From an uncultured virus (IMG/VR IMGVR_UViG_3300044627_003120) (Duplodnaviria > Heunggongvirae > Uroviricota > Caudoviricetes): 64,000 bases of DNA. The stretch lies in IMG/VR virus record IMGVR_UViG_3300044627_003120. One strand, given 5' to 3'. Shown one piece after another: positions 25,766-35,423 of the stretch. The first letter of the stretch is position 1. Every line of letters starts with the position of its first letter. Both the position numbers and the translations under genes were made by a program. Below the pieces are notes generated by a model. That model did not search any database, was not told the DNA's origin, and saw only the letters and a list, made by a program, of their open reading frames with translations.

Positions 25766-28240
25766 ATGGCAACAAGAATGCAACAGCGCAGAGGTACTGC
25801 AGCACAATGGACGGCTGCAAACCCAATTCTAGCAGCAGGTGAAATCGGTTTTGAAACTGATACAAGTAAGTTTAAGATGGGTAACGGATCATCAACATGG
25901 TCTGCCCTACAGTACTTTGCTAACGCAGCAGAACTAGCAGCAATTATTGATAGTGCTCCAGGAACTATGGACACATTAAACGAGTTAGCAGCAGCCCTTG
26001 GAGATGATCCAGCGTTCTTTACAACAACAGCAAACAATCTTGCACTAAAGGCTCCAATCAACAATCCTACATTTACAGGAACAGTTGGCGGAGTTACAAA
26101 GTCAATGGTCGGTCTTGGCAATGTTGATAATACAACAGATGCTAATAAGCCAGTATCAACAGCAGCACAAGAAGCCCTTGATCTTAAGGCACCATTAGCA
26201 TCACCATCATTAACTGGTGTTCCAACAGCACCAACAGCATCTTCACTAACAAATACAACACAAATTGCAACAACAGAATTTGTTCAGACAAAGGTAAACA
26301 ATTTAGTAAATGGCGCACCAGGACTGCTAGATACATTAGACGAGTTAGCAGCAGCACTAGGAAATAATGAAAACTTTGCTTCAGAATTAACAAACACTCT
26401 TGCACTAAAAGCATCACTAACAAATCTAAGTGATCACAACAGTTCTACAGAAAATGTACACGGAATTGCAGACACTTCTCTTCTTGTAACAGATGCTGGT
26501 CTTGCAGAAGCACTAACAGACGCAATTGAAGCACACAATGATCTTACAACAAACGTACATGGAATTGCAGATACTGCAGAACTTGCTACAGCAGCAGATA
26601 TTGTAGCAGCAAATTCAGCGGCTTCTACAGCACTTGGACTACACGCTGATGCAACAACAAGCGTACACGGAATTGCAGATACTTCACTTCTTGTGACAGT
26701 CTCAGATCTTGAAGACGCACTTGATGAAGCGTCAGTAGATCAATCAGCACTTGCAGGAACAGGAATTGATTGGAATGCAGCAGAGTTAAGATTTGATATT
26801 GATGCAACAATTGCAACTACAGCATATGCTGATCAAGCAGAAGCAGACGCAATTACAGCAGCAGGAACAGCAGCAGACACAAAGATTTCAACTGCAGTAG
26901 CAGCACTTACAAAGTCTTCAGTAGGTCTTGGAAATGTTGACAATACTTCAGACGCTAATAAGCCAGTTTCAACTGCTACACAAACAGCGCTTGACCTAAA
27001 GTCACCACTTGCTTCACCAACATTTACAGGTACTGTCACCACAGGACATGTACTACCAGCAACAGATATTACATTTGACTTGGGCTCTCCTACAAAGATG
27101 TGGAGAGATATTTATGTTGGTCCAGGATCCTTGTACGTTAACGGACAAAAGGTTCTTCAAACTGACGCAGGTGACGTTGTTATCACTGCAGATGCTAATG
27201 AAAACTTGGCATTAAGAACAAGCGGAAGTGGTAACATTGAACTAGATCCAACAGGTGCTGGTTCTGTTAACATAAAGGGACCTTTAGTTGTTGAAGCAGG
27301 AGCCAACTTCTCAAGCAATGATGGAAACGGAATTGCATTTAGCAATGGAATAAAGGCTGATTCTGTATCAAGCAATACTCTAAATACAGACCTATCTCTA
27401 TCTGGAAACGGTACAGGAAAAGTTTATCTTAATGATAATGCAGAAGTAAATGGAAACCTTGTTGTTGGTGGAAACCTAACAGTAAGCGGAACAACTACAA
27501 CTGTAAACAGCGAAACAATCTCATTGGCTGATAACATTATCGACCTAAACAGCAACTTTACTACTGGTACTCCAACAGAGAATGCAGGAATAAAGATTAA
27601 GCGTGGAGACTCATCTGATGTTCAACTTCGTTGGAATGAGTCTACTGATTCTTGGGAGTTCACAAATGATGGAACAACCTATTCTGCAATTGCAGGACTT
27701 AATTCTCCAACATTTACTGGAACAGTATCTGGTATAACAAAAACTATGGTTGGTCTTGGTAATGTTGATAATACAACAGATACTAACAAGCCAATTTCAA
27801 CTGCCACACAGACAGCACTTGACCTAAAAGCCCCAATTGCTTCTCCAACATTTACTGGAACAGTAACAGTTGCAGCAGCAGGAGTAGCGTTTACAGATGG
27901 TACACAGACAAAAGAAGGAACTCCTTCGAGAACTCCTATTATCCAAAAAACAGCAGCGTACACACTTTCATCACTTACAGAAAGAGACTCTTTAATCGAA
28001 GTTGCACATAGTGGTACTTCAGCAGTAAATGTTACAATTCCTGCAGATTCAACACTAAACTTCCCAATCGGAACTTCTATTGATGTTCTTCAAACAAGTA
28101 CAGGACCAGTTGCAATTGCAGCATCCGCAGGAGTAACATTAAACTCTACTCCAGGATCAACACTTCGTACAACTTGGTCATCTGCAACTCTCTTTAAGAG
28201 AGCAGCAAACACATGGGTTCTCTTCGGAGACCTAAAGTAA
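25766..28240 (+). CDS. Tail fibre with Mtd/hyaluronidase-type N-terminal domain
   Basis: RRGTAAQW..NPILAAGEIGFETDT; VGLGNVDNT.D.NKP x3; VHGIADT x3. Confidence 0.8.
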   Translation: MATRMQQRRGTAAQWTAANPILAAGEIGFETDTSKFKMGNGSSTWSALQYFANAAELAAIIDSAPGTMDTLNELAAALGDDPAFFTTTANNLALKAPINNPTFTGTVGGVTKSMVGLGNVDNTTDANKPVSTAAQEALDLKAPLASPSLTGVPTAPTASSLTNTTQIATTEFVQTKVNNLVNGAPGLLDTLDELAAALGNNENFASELTNTLALKASLTNLSDHNSSTENVHGIADTSLLVTDAGLAEALTDAIEAHNDLTTNVHGIADTAELATAADIVAANSAASTALGLHADATTSVHGIADTSLLVTVSDLEDALDEASVDQSALAGTGIDWNAAELRFDIDATIATTAYADQAEADAITAAGTAADTKISTAVAALTKSSVGLGNVDNTSDANKPVSTATQTALDLKSPLASPTFTGTVTTGHVLPATDITFDLGSPTKMWRDIYVGPGSLYVNGQKVLQTDAGDVVITADANENLALRTSGSGNIELDPTGAGSVNIKGPLVVEAGANFSSNDGNGIAFSNGIKADSVSSNTLNTDLSLSGNGTGKVYLNDNAEVNGNLVVGGNLTVSGTTTTVNSETISLADNIIDLNSNFTTGTPTENAGIKIKRGDSSDVQLRWNESTDSWEFTNDGTTYSAIAGLNSPTFTGTVSGITKTMVGLGNVDNTTDTNKPISTATQTALDLKAPIASPTFTGTVTVAAAGVAFTDGTQTKEGTPSRTPIIQKTAAYTLSSLTERDSLIEVAHSGTSAVNVTIPADSTLNFPIGTSIDVLQTSTGPVAIAASAGVTLNSTPGSTLRTTWSSATLFKRAANTWVLFGDLK

Positions 28241-28269
28241 TATTGTAATAAGAAAAGGGGAATTAAAAG

Positions 28270-29232
28270 ATGGCAAATAAAAAAGTAGGAAAAAAGTCCC
28301 AAGCAGCAAATGACTTCTTGGAGCCAAAGCCACCAATCAATGTTGGCAGAACTGACGTTGGTACAAATAGACCATTTAATAGTGCAGCAGCATCAGTTAC
28401 TTTTGAATTGCCAGCAGGTTCTCCACCAGCAACTTCTTACACAGTATCTGCAACATTTGTTGCAACAGGTGCAGGAGGAGATGGTTCAACTGGAACTACT
28501 GTAACTCAGGCAGGAGCATCATCCCCAATTGTTATAGGTGGACTTAAGTCTGCAGCATCTTATACATTTACTGTAACTGCAACAAATGCTTCTGGAACAT
28601 CAGCAGCATCAACTGCTACTGATGCGCTTACTGTTACATCAGTACCAAACAAGGTTGGAACAGTAACTGCATCAGTTACAGCAGGGTCACAAAACGATAC
28701 AATTACTTGGTCAGCACCAGCAACTGGTGGAAAGCCAATTACTCTTTACAGATATACTTCATCTGATGCTAAAACTGGAACATCAGCATCTTTATCTTCT
28801 TCAGTAGCACAAGAAGCAACAACTGCACAGACCTATCAGGTACGGGCAGAAAATGGTAATGGGTTTGGAGACTATTCTAATCCATCTAATAGCGTTACCA
28901 CTCCTCCATTCTTCCCGCCGTTTTTCCCATTCTTCCCATTCTTCCCATTCTTCCCATTCTTCCCACCATTTTTCCCTTACTTCCCGTTCTTCCCATTCTT
29001 CCCACCGTTCTTCCCGTTCTTTCCATTCTTTCCATTCTTCCCACCATTCTTCCCATTCTTCCCATTCTTCCCATTCTTCCCACCTTACTTCCCGTTCTTT
29101 CCATTCTTCCCATTCTTCCCACCATTCTTCGTTGGAGTAGGTGTTGGAGTAGGTGTTGGAGTTGGAGTTGGAGTTGGAGGATGCTTCGCTAACTATTGCT
29201 GGCTATGCTCTTGCTCAAATTGTACTTGTTAA
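28270..29232 (+). CDS. Two fibronectin-III domains, PFF tract, (VG)n linker, Cys-rich tip
   Basis: GLK...YTFTVTATNASG; YQVRAENGNG; 76-aa Pro/Phe/Tyr tract; CFANYCWLCSCSNCTC. Confidence 0.8.
   Translation: MANKKVGKKSQAANDFLEPKPPINVGRTDVGTNRPFNSAAASVTFELPAGSPPATSYTVSATFVATGAGGDGSTGTTVTQAGASSPIVIGGLKSAASYTFTVTATNASGTSAASTATDALTVTSVPNKVGTVTASVTAGSQNDTITWSAPATGGKPITLYRYTSSDAKTGTSASLSSSVAQEATTAQTYQVRAENGNGFGDYSNPSNSVTTPPFFPPFFPFFPFFPFFPFFPPFFPYFPFFPFFPPFFPFFPFFPFFPPFFPFFPFFPFFPPYFPFFPFFPFFPPFFVGVGVGVGVGVGVGVGGCFANYCWLCSCSNCTC
28903..29130 (+). repeat. PFF/PYF coding repeat tract 2
   Basis: 9-nt unit ccattcttc with variants. Confidence 0.9.
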
Positions 29233-29241
29233 AAATTAGAA

Positions 29242-29270
29242 AGGGGTGTGTATACCAAATATGCACCCCT
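29242..29270. terminator. Hairpin after the PFF gene
   Basis: aggggtgtgtat-accaa-atatgcacccct; no clear U tract. Confidence 0.4.
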
Positions 29271-29315
29271 AACTAAAGAATATGATATACTAATAATTAA
29301 GAAAAAGGAGATATT

Positions 29316-29753
29316 ATGTACGCAGTTTTATCAAAGAAAAATGAGACATCTTGGGATGTTCTTAGAACTATCGCTCCGTATGAAAATTTAGACAGGAACG
29401 CTATTGTTGAAAGTGCTGTAGCAAAAACTCCGCCTCCATTTGGAATGGAGACTACATCTTTTAGAGATAGCGCAAGACTTGGATCTACTTGGGATGGAGT
29501 TTCATTTTCTGGAGGAGTTAATCGACCTGAAGATTCTGTAGTACTTGATATCTGGGATGAGAATAAAAGATTTTCTTTACTTTCTGACAATGTAATAATT
29601 GCAAATTTTGTTTTAAGCAATTCTTCTGTTCTGTCAGATTTTATGTCTGAAAGATTTCAAGGAGAAGTTATTTTGGTTAAGGTTCCAGCAGACCAAGCAG
29701 TTGCTGCAGGTGAAACTCATGGCTGGGATGGCTCAAGATTTACAGAAGTTTAA
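29316..29753 (+). CDS. WDG-motif protein, paralog of 20147-20605
   Basis: MYAVLSK..WDV...GSTWDGVSFSGG...WDGSRF. Confidence 0.65.
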   Translation: MYAVLSKKNETSWDVLRTIAPYENLDRNAIVESAVAKTPPPFGMETTSFRDSARLGSTWDGVSFSGGVNRPEDSVVLDIWDENKRFSLLSDNVIIANFVLSNSSVLSDFMSERFQGEVILVKVPADQAVAAGETHGWDGSRFTEV

Positions 29754-29787
29754 TTTTTAAACTATACAAATAGAAAAGGGTTTTAAA

Positions 29788-30495
29788 ATGTATGATGAAA
29801 ATAACAATGTGTGGTTTACAAAAGATAGGTCTGAAACAGCCTTAAATAGGTATCCATCAAAAACTATTGGGAATAACATACTGGTTGAAAATCCAGCATT
29901 AGGAATTAATCTGTACAGAAATGTGTTTTCAAAAGAAGATTCCGAAAGATATATAAAAACATTAGAGTCTAATTTGGGTGGAAATGGCAAATACAAATGG
30001 TCAGAGGCAAAAGTAACTAATTCAGATGTGCCAATTAAGAAGGCTAGAGACGCTGTAGACTTTAGATTTAAGCAAGAAAACTTGGGACCAAGAGATGAGC
30101 ATAATGCCGAACTTATTGACTTGCATGAAGAGATCTATCAAAAGTTAAAGTTTTGTGTTGATGACTATGCCAGGTACTGGGGAATAAATGTTGTATACTA
30201 TGAAGCATTTAACTTTGTAAAATACGAAGGAGAAGGAACTCACTTTAATATTCATGCAGATCACGGTCCAATGTACAACTGCACTGTATCCGCAGTAATA
30301 TATATAAATGAAGACTATGAAGGTGGAGAAATTAGGTTCCCACGACTTGACGGATATACTCATACTCCAAAGGTAGGAGATATATTAATTTGCCCATCTA
30401 ACTATATCTATGAGCATGCATCCTTACCAATGAAAGAGGGAGCAAAATATTGTGTTGTCGTAATGACAGACATTAATGAACTGGGACACAAGTAG
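29788..30495 (+). CDS. 2OG-Fe(II) oxygenase, P4H-like
   Basis: HAD, YINEDYEGGEI, HAS, KY. Confidence 0.85.
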   Translation: MYDENNNVWFTKDRSETALNRYPSKTIGNNILVENPALGINLYRNVFSKEDSERYIKTLESNLGGNGKYKWSEAKVTNSDVPIKKARDAVDFRFKQENLGPRDEHNAELIDLHEEIYQKLKFCVDDYARYWGINVVYYEAFNFVKYEGEGTHFNIHADHGPMYNCTVSAVIYINEDYEGGEIRFPRLDGYTHTPKVGDILICPSNYIYEHASLPMKEGAKYCVVVMTDINELGHK

Positions 30496-31262
30496 TGTCT
30501 CTTGTTGCTATTTTCCGATCATTCAGACCATGGCTAAATAAAGATAGCGTTTCTGTTCCTGTTCCAACACAAAAAGAAATTCCAGATTGGTATAAGGATG
30601 CAGACAGATTTGCAAAAATGCCAAATGGAGAATACTACAAGGCCCCAAAAGAGGTTTGTCCATTTCCTAAAGAAGGAACAACAGATGATTACGGAAAGAT
30701 TCCAACCTGGAAAGCCTGCCCAGCAATCATGGATGCTTTTTCAACAGGGTATGTGTTTAAAACCCCATGCGATCTAACATTTGCCAAAAATTCTTACGGA
30801 GTAATTAATGTAACAGTCGCTGATCCTAAGTATAAAGACTTTTGCACCCAGAGACCACCAATGCCACAGTTTGAACATCCAAAAGGATTTTATACACATC
30901 ATTTTGCTTGGAGTTCTGACTGGGGGCTAGAGTTGCCAGAAGGTTATAGTGCTCTGTTTATGACACCAATGAACAGATTTGATCTTCCATTTATGAACAC
31001 TACTGGAATTGTTGACAGCGACAAGGTGCATCTTCTTGGAAGTTTTCCATTTTTTATTGCAGATGGATGGGAAGGAACAATCCCAGCAGGAACTCCATAT
31101 CTTCAGGTGCTGCCATTTAAAAGAGAAAACTGGGAACACGAAATAGAAATTTTAAGTCAATCTGATATGTATGGTAAAATGGTAGATAACGCAAACTTTT
31201 ACCGTCAACCAGATGGCGGGGTATATAAAAATAAAGTATGGTCAAGACGAGAGTATAGATAG
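30495..31262 (+). CDS. DUF6065-like protein (dUTPase-like fold suspected)
   Basis: TWKACP...GY, GIVDSD, IPAGTP..Q.LPFKRE. Confidence 0.55.
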   Translation: MSLVAIFRSFRPWLNKDSVSVPVPTQKEIPDWYKDADRFAKMPNGEYYKAPKEVCPFPKEGTTDDYGKIPTWKACPAIMDAFSTGYVFKTPCDLTFAKNSYGVINVTVADPKYKDFCTQRPPMPQFEHPKGFYTHHFAWSSDWGLELPEGYSALFMTPMNRFDLPFMNTTGIVDSDKVHLLGSFPFFIADGWEGTIPAGTPYLQVLPFKRENWEHEIEILSQSDMYGKMVDNANFYRQPDGGVYKNKVWSRREYR

Positions 31263-31270
31263 GAAACAAA

Positions 31271-31954
31271 ATGCAAACTTGGACAGAAAAAGAAATTCTT
31301 GGAAATGGAATTGTGTGTTACAGAAACGTTATAAAAAACGAGTTTGATGTAATAAACAGACTTGAAAATGCTCTTGGCTCTGTTGCTGGGTATGGAGAAT
31401 TATCAGCAGAAGGCAAAAGATACCATTGGATGCCAGCATACGTAGGATATCAACAATTGATGCCAGACTATAGAGACTGCGTAGATTTTAAATTTAAGAA
31501 AAGTGACATAGAATTAGACAAAAGCGAAGAGTCGCTAAAACTACAATCTTTATGGCAAGATATATATGACGCACAGGCTGCTGCTGTAGAAGATTACAGA
31601 AGAGATTACAATATTATGCCATTAAAATATTGGGAAGCCTTTAATTTTATTAAGTATGGTCCAGGTCAACACTTTAAAGAACACCACGATCACGGATACT
31701 CATACAATTGCACGGTCTCACTTGTTGCATATGTTAATGATGACTATGAGGGTGGAGAGTTGTATTTTAGACTGCAAGGTCTGAATATCAAGCCAAAGGC
31801 TGGAGATCTTTACATTTTCCCATCAAACTTCATGTATCCTCATCAAGCAATGCCAGTACACTCTGGAACAAAGTATTCAATTGTTACTATGCTTGACTAC
31901 AGCAAGAAGTACCATACACCAGATATGTATGACCCAAAGTGGGATAAAGAATAG
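31271..31954 (+). CDS. 2OG-Fe(II) oxygenase, P4H-like
   Basis: HHD, YVNDDYEGGEL, FPS, HQAMPV, KYS. Confidence 0.85.
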   Translation: MQTWTEKEILGNGIVCYRNVIKNEFDVINRLENALGSVAGYGELSAEGKRYHWMPAYVGYQQLMPDYRDCVDFKFKKSDIELDKSEESLKLQSLWQDIYDAQAAAVEDYRRDYNIMPLKYWEAFNFIKYGPGQHFKEHHDHGYSYNCTVSLVAYVNDDYEGGELYFRLQGLNIKPKAGDLYIFPSNFMYPHQAMPVHSGTKYSIVTMLDYSKKYHTPDMYDPKWDKE

Positions 31955-32667
31955 TGATCAACATCTCAGTTGAGAAGATGCCTGGCAACTCTTTTGTAAT
32001 TTCTCCCATGTCTATCAAAAGAGATTGGATGGATGCTACATCAGAAAATCATGCATATAGATGTTTTCCTGTAACACAAGCAAATGTTATTGGATGGAGT
32101 CTTTCATGCTTAGAGGATATTTCTTTTATCTGGGATGGGATAAATGACCAAACACAAGACCACATTAAGATTGTTTCTGCACCAGAAGGGTCTTATACTG
32201 GAAGAGGGCAATCTTCTCTTAGCCTTAACACTGGGTTAGTTTTTAAAACTGAACAAGAAGTAAGCATACTTAGCATAAATCCAGTAAACTATTTTAATGA
32301 AGATTTTGAGACAATGTCAAATCTAATTAGCACTTCCTTTTTTGATAATCCGCTTCCTTTAGCGATTAAGGCAAAATCAGCAAATAAAGAAGTAACAATA
32401 AAGGCTGGAACGCCATTAGCAACAATCATTCCAATATCTTTGACTAATTTAAATAATAGTGCTATAGAAATTGTTAATTATAAAGATGAAGACAGGTCTA
32501 GAACAGAGTCCAATATTGCCTATGGAGAAGCAGCACAAGTGCTAAACTCTTCTGGGCAATGGACTGATTGGTATAGAGATGCTGTTGATGAAAATGGAAA
32601 AACACGAGGACAGCATGAAACAAAAACATTAAAACTTTACGTTAATGATAATACTGGTGCACAATGA
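31954..32667 (+). CDS. DUF6065 family protein
   Basis: RDWMD...HAYRCFP...AN..GW; KAGTPLA.IIP. Confidence 0.65.
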   Translation: MINISVEKMPGNSFVISPMSIKRDWMDATSENHAYRCFPVTQANVIGWSLSCLEDISFIWDGINDQTQDHIKIVSAPEGSYTGRGQSSLSLNTGLVFKTEQEVSILSINPVNYFNEDFETMSNLISTSFFDNPLPLAIKAKSANKEVTIKAGTPLATIIPISLTNLNNSAIEIVNYKDEDRSRTESNIAYGEAAQVLNSSGQWTDWYRDAVDENGKTRGQHETKTLKLYVNDNTGAQ

Positions 32668-33119
32668 ACGACACAAGGCCAAACCATGATGATATGGTAA
32701 ATAACTATATTCAAAATGCAAAAGATGGAAAAATTAGTCATTATATAATTACAGTCTCAAGAGATGGAGAGTCTCCAGTTAGATCAATAATATCTTTTGA
32801 TAATGAAAAGCAGGCTAACGAAGGATATGAAATGTATCAAGATGCTGGCTTTGCAAAAGACTATTTAACTGTATCTATGTATGAGCCATCTGGAAAAATA
32901 AATACAAAGGTTTTAAAAAGAAACCACGCAGGAGATCCATCATTTGTAAGGCAAAACTATATAGATACAGTTGAAGCATTGCACTCTTTGAAGGATAAGT
33001 TAGACAAGGAAGACTATGAGAATGTCTGCATTAAAATTGTCACTTCTTTTGCAAAAGATAACTGGAGATTCAATCCAGAAAGGTTTTTAAAACAACTAGA
33101 GATTGAGAGGGAATTATAG
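32664..33119 (+). CDS. Fusion of homologs of early genes 4260-4478 and 5101-5295
   Basis: DAGFAKDY...EPSGKINTKV plus RQNY...FAKDNWRFNPERF. Confidence 0.7.
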   Translation: MNDTRPNHDDMVNNYIQNAKDGKISHYIITVSRDGESPVRSIISFDNEKQANEGYEMYQDAGFAKDYLTVSMYEPSGKINTKVLKRNHAGDPSFVRQNYIDTVEALHSLKDKLDKEDYENVCIKIVTSFAKDNWRFNPERFLKQLEIEREL

Positions 33120-33147
33120 GGTATAAACCCTATGATATAATCAAATT

Positions 33148-33822
33148 ATGGATAAATCAGAAGCATCTGTTGTTGTTAGAAAGCCTTCTATGACACCTTC
33201 TGGGTGGTTTGGCAATAGCAAAGATATGATTGTTGAGTTAGAAAATTTTATGACTCAAGAAGAGATGGACTTTTTAGAAAAGGCTGCAAAGTCTTTAACA
33301 ATTTGGGATGTAACAGAAAGCCACGTTAATGAAAATGGAACTGTTGTTTATGATTCTAATTATTGGAAAGACAGAGTAGCAACATATCCTACTTTAAATA
33401 AAAACAATCCAGAAATAGCCCCAGTTGTTGCAGGACTATTTGAAAGACTAAAGCCGATTGTTGAAGATTTTTACAAGGTAGAAGTTATACCTACAGGACC
33501 TACAATTGTTAGATGGCTACCAGGACAGTTGCAAAATCCGCATGCAGATAAAGAACTTCATGAAGGACCAGATGCAGGTCTTCCAAATGATTTTCCAAAC
33601 TACGATCTTTCAAGTCTGTTTTATTTAAATGAAGACTATGAAGGTGGAGAACTATATTTCCCATTACAAGGAATTCAGTTTAAGCCTAAAAAGGGTGCAG
33701 CATATTTTTTCCCAGGGGATAAAAATTATATTCACGGAGTAACAGAAATTAAAAGTGGTATTAGATACACCTGTCCTTTCTTTTGGGAGATAACAAAGCA
33801 CACAGGAGAAAGACAACCATGA
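33148..33822 (+). CDS. 2OG-Fe(II) oxygenase, P4H-like
   Basis: HAD, YLNEDYEGGEL, HGV, RYT. Confidence 0.85.
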   Translation: MDKSEASVVVRKPSMTPSGWFGNSKDMIVELENFMTQEEMDFLEKAAKSLTIWDVTESHVNENGTVVYDSNYWKDRVATYPTLNKNNPEIAPVVAGLFERLKPIVEDFYKVEVIPTGPTIVRWLPGQLQNPHADKELHEGPDAGLPNDFPNYDLSSLFYLNEDYEGGELYFPLQGIQFKPKKGAAYFFPGDKNYIHGVTEIKSGIRYTCPFFWEITKHTGERQP

Positions 33823-34682
33823 CAACACAGCCTGTAGAGCATATTGAGATATATCCAAATATATTTGTATATAAAAATCTTTTTAAAGATATATCTAAAA
33901 CAACATCTTTGTTAAAAGAAGAAGACGAAGAAGGCTTGTTTAGTCCATGGACCCAGTGGGCTTCTTTTGGTCAATACATTAATCCTTTATTTAAAGATCA
34001 TCCACACACGATGACTATGGATTACATAGAAAAAGAAGTAGAAACTGCAAGCCCAAAACAAGAAGAACAAAAACTTGCAATTTTAGAAGTTTTTAAAAAT
34101 TTTCATTTAGCAACAAAAGATTATATAGCCAAACATAATGTTGAGTTTGATGAGGAAGCATTAGTAAAAGATCACGATGGTGCAACTCGTAAACTTTGGA
34201 CTAGTAATGGGCCTTCAATTGCAAGATATAGAACAGACATTGAAGACTCCATAGGATTGGTCTACCACTCTGATTATGTAAGAGAGCCAATTAAAAGCCC
34301 AGGAAACAAGTTTGTAATAACGGCATTAACATACTTTAATGATGATTATGAGGGAGGAGAAATTGATTTTGTTGTTGGCAAAGATGCTTATATGTATAAG
34401 CCAGAGGCTGGAGACGTTTTAGTTTTTCCTTCAGGTCACCCAGACATACTAACTAAGGATGGCAAAGTTTACCTACACGGGGTTATGGTTCCAAGAAAAG
34501 AAAATAAGTATATTGCCAGAATGTACTGGATGAAGTACGAAGATGCTTCTCAAGAATGGATTGACAAAGAAAATGATTTTGGAAAAGAAGTGTGGCAAGA
34601 AATGCAAACAGAAATTATAAAAAACTTTTGGGCTGGCATTCCGCCAAGAAAAAGTGCAGGAGAGGTAAACAGAATAAAATGA
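33819..34682 (+). CDS. 2OG-Fe(II) oxygenase, P4H-like
   Basis: HSD, YFNDDYEGGEI, FPS, HGV, KY. Confidence 0.85.
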   Translation: MTTQPVEHIEIYPNIFVYKNLFKDISKTTSLLKEEDEEGLFSPWTQWASFGQYINPLFKDHPHTMTMDYIEKEVETASPKQEEQKLAILEVFKNFHLATKDYIAKHNVEFDEEALVKDHDGATRKLWTSNGPSIARYRTDIEDSIGLVYHSDYVREPIKSPGNKFVITALTYFNDDYEGGEIDFVVGKDAYMYKPEAGDVLVFPSGHPDILTKDGKVYLHGVMVPRKENKYIARMYWMKYEDASQEWIDKENDFGKEVWQEMQTEIIKNFWAGIPPRKSAGEVNRIK

Positions 34683-35422
34683 ATTTAAATAATAAAAAAA
34701 GAATAACAAAAGATATTGTTGTTTATGAAAACTTTATAAGTAAAGAAGATTGTCAAAAAATGATACAGGCCCTTGATGCACAAGCAGACAATGGAAAGAT
34801 TTCATGGATGCCAATATCTTTTTATGAGTCATACTCTTCTGTCCTTCCACAAGACAACGATCAAGAAGTGTTAGATGCTGGCCTTATCCCAACAATCTTT
34901 TCAGACATTGAAAAAATGATGCCAGAGGCAATAGCATCAGTTCACGATCTTGATCCAAAGATTATATCTAAGATTGGGTATCACACACAAAAGTGGGAGC
35001 CAGGAGCCTATGCAAGAATTCACTCAGATAACACGGATGAGCACGGAAACTCTGGAGCATTTACAAGAAGTCGCTACGCTGGATTCTTATATCTTAATGA
35101 TGATTTTGAAGGTGGGCTTCTTAGGTTTCCAGATCAAAGCATAGAGATTAAACCACAGGTAGGAATGCTTGCTGTTTTTGACGGGGGATTTAATAATATG
35201 CACGAAGTCTCCTTAATAGAAAGCGGAGTAAGATATACCATAGGATCTTTCTGGGACGATAGGGAAGAATCTGATTACCCACAAGAAGTACGAGACGCTT
35301 GGGCAGCAGAGATGAAAGAGACAAGGGCAAAGCAAGAAATTGAAAGAGCAGAATGGCAAGAGTTATTAAAACAAGGATACAAATTAGATAAAAATGGCAA
35401 CAAGTATAAGGTTGGAGACTAA
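34679..35422 (+). CDS. 2OG-Fe(II) oxygenase, P4H-like
   Basis: HSD, YLNDDFEGG, HEV, RYT. Confidence 0.85.
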   Translation: MNLNNKKRITKDIVVYENFISKEDCQKMIQALDAQADNGKISWMPISFYESYSSVLPQDNDQEVLDAGLIPTIFSDIEKMMPEAIASVHDLDPKIISKIGYHTQKWEPGAYARIHSDNTDEHGNSGAFTRSRYAGFLYLNDDFEGGLLRFPDQSIEIKPQVGMLAVFDGGFNNMHEVSLIESGVRYTIGSFWDDREESDYPQEVRDAWAAEMKETRAKQEIERAEWQELLKQGYKLDKNGNKYKVGD

Positions 35423-35423
35423 A

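Noticed and set aside
15683..29130. Two near-identical tracts as a diversity-generating retroelement TR/VR pair
   Set aside because: No reverse transcriptase in the window, both copies are coding, and only two synonymous differences
28853..29140. Alternative-frame ORFs with (MGR)n or (SSH)n repeats, also 15567-15794
   Set aside because: Shadows of the PFF tract; the PFF frame is continuous with the FN3 or fibre domains
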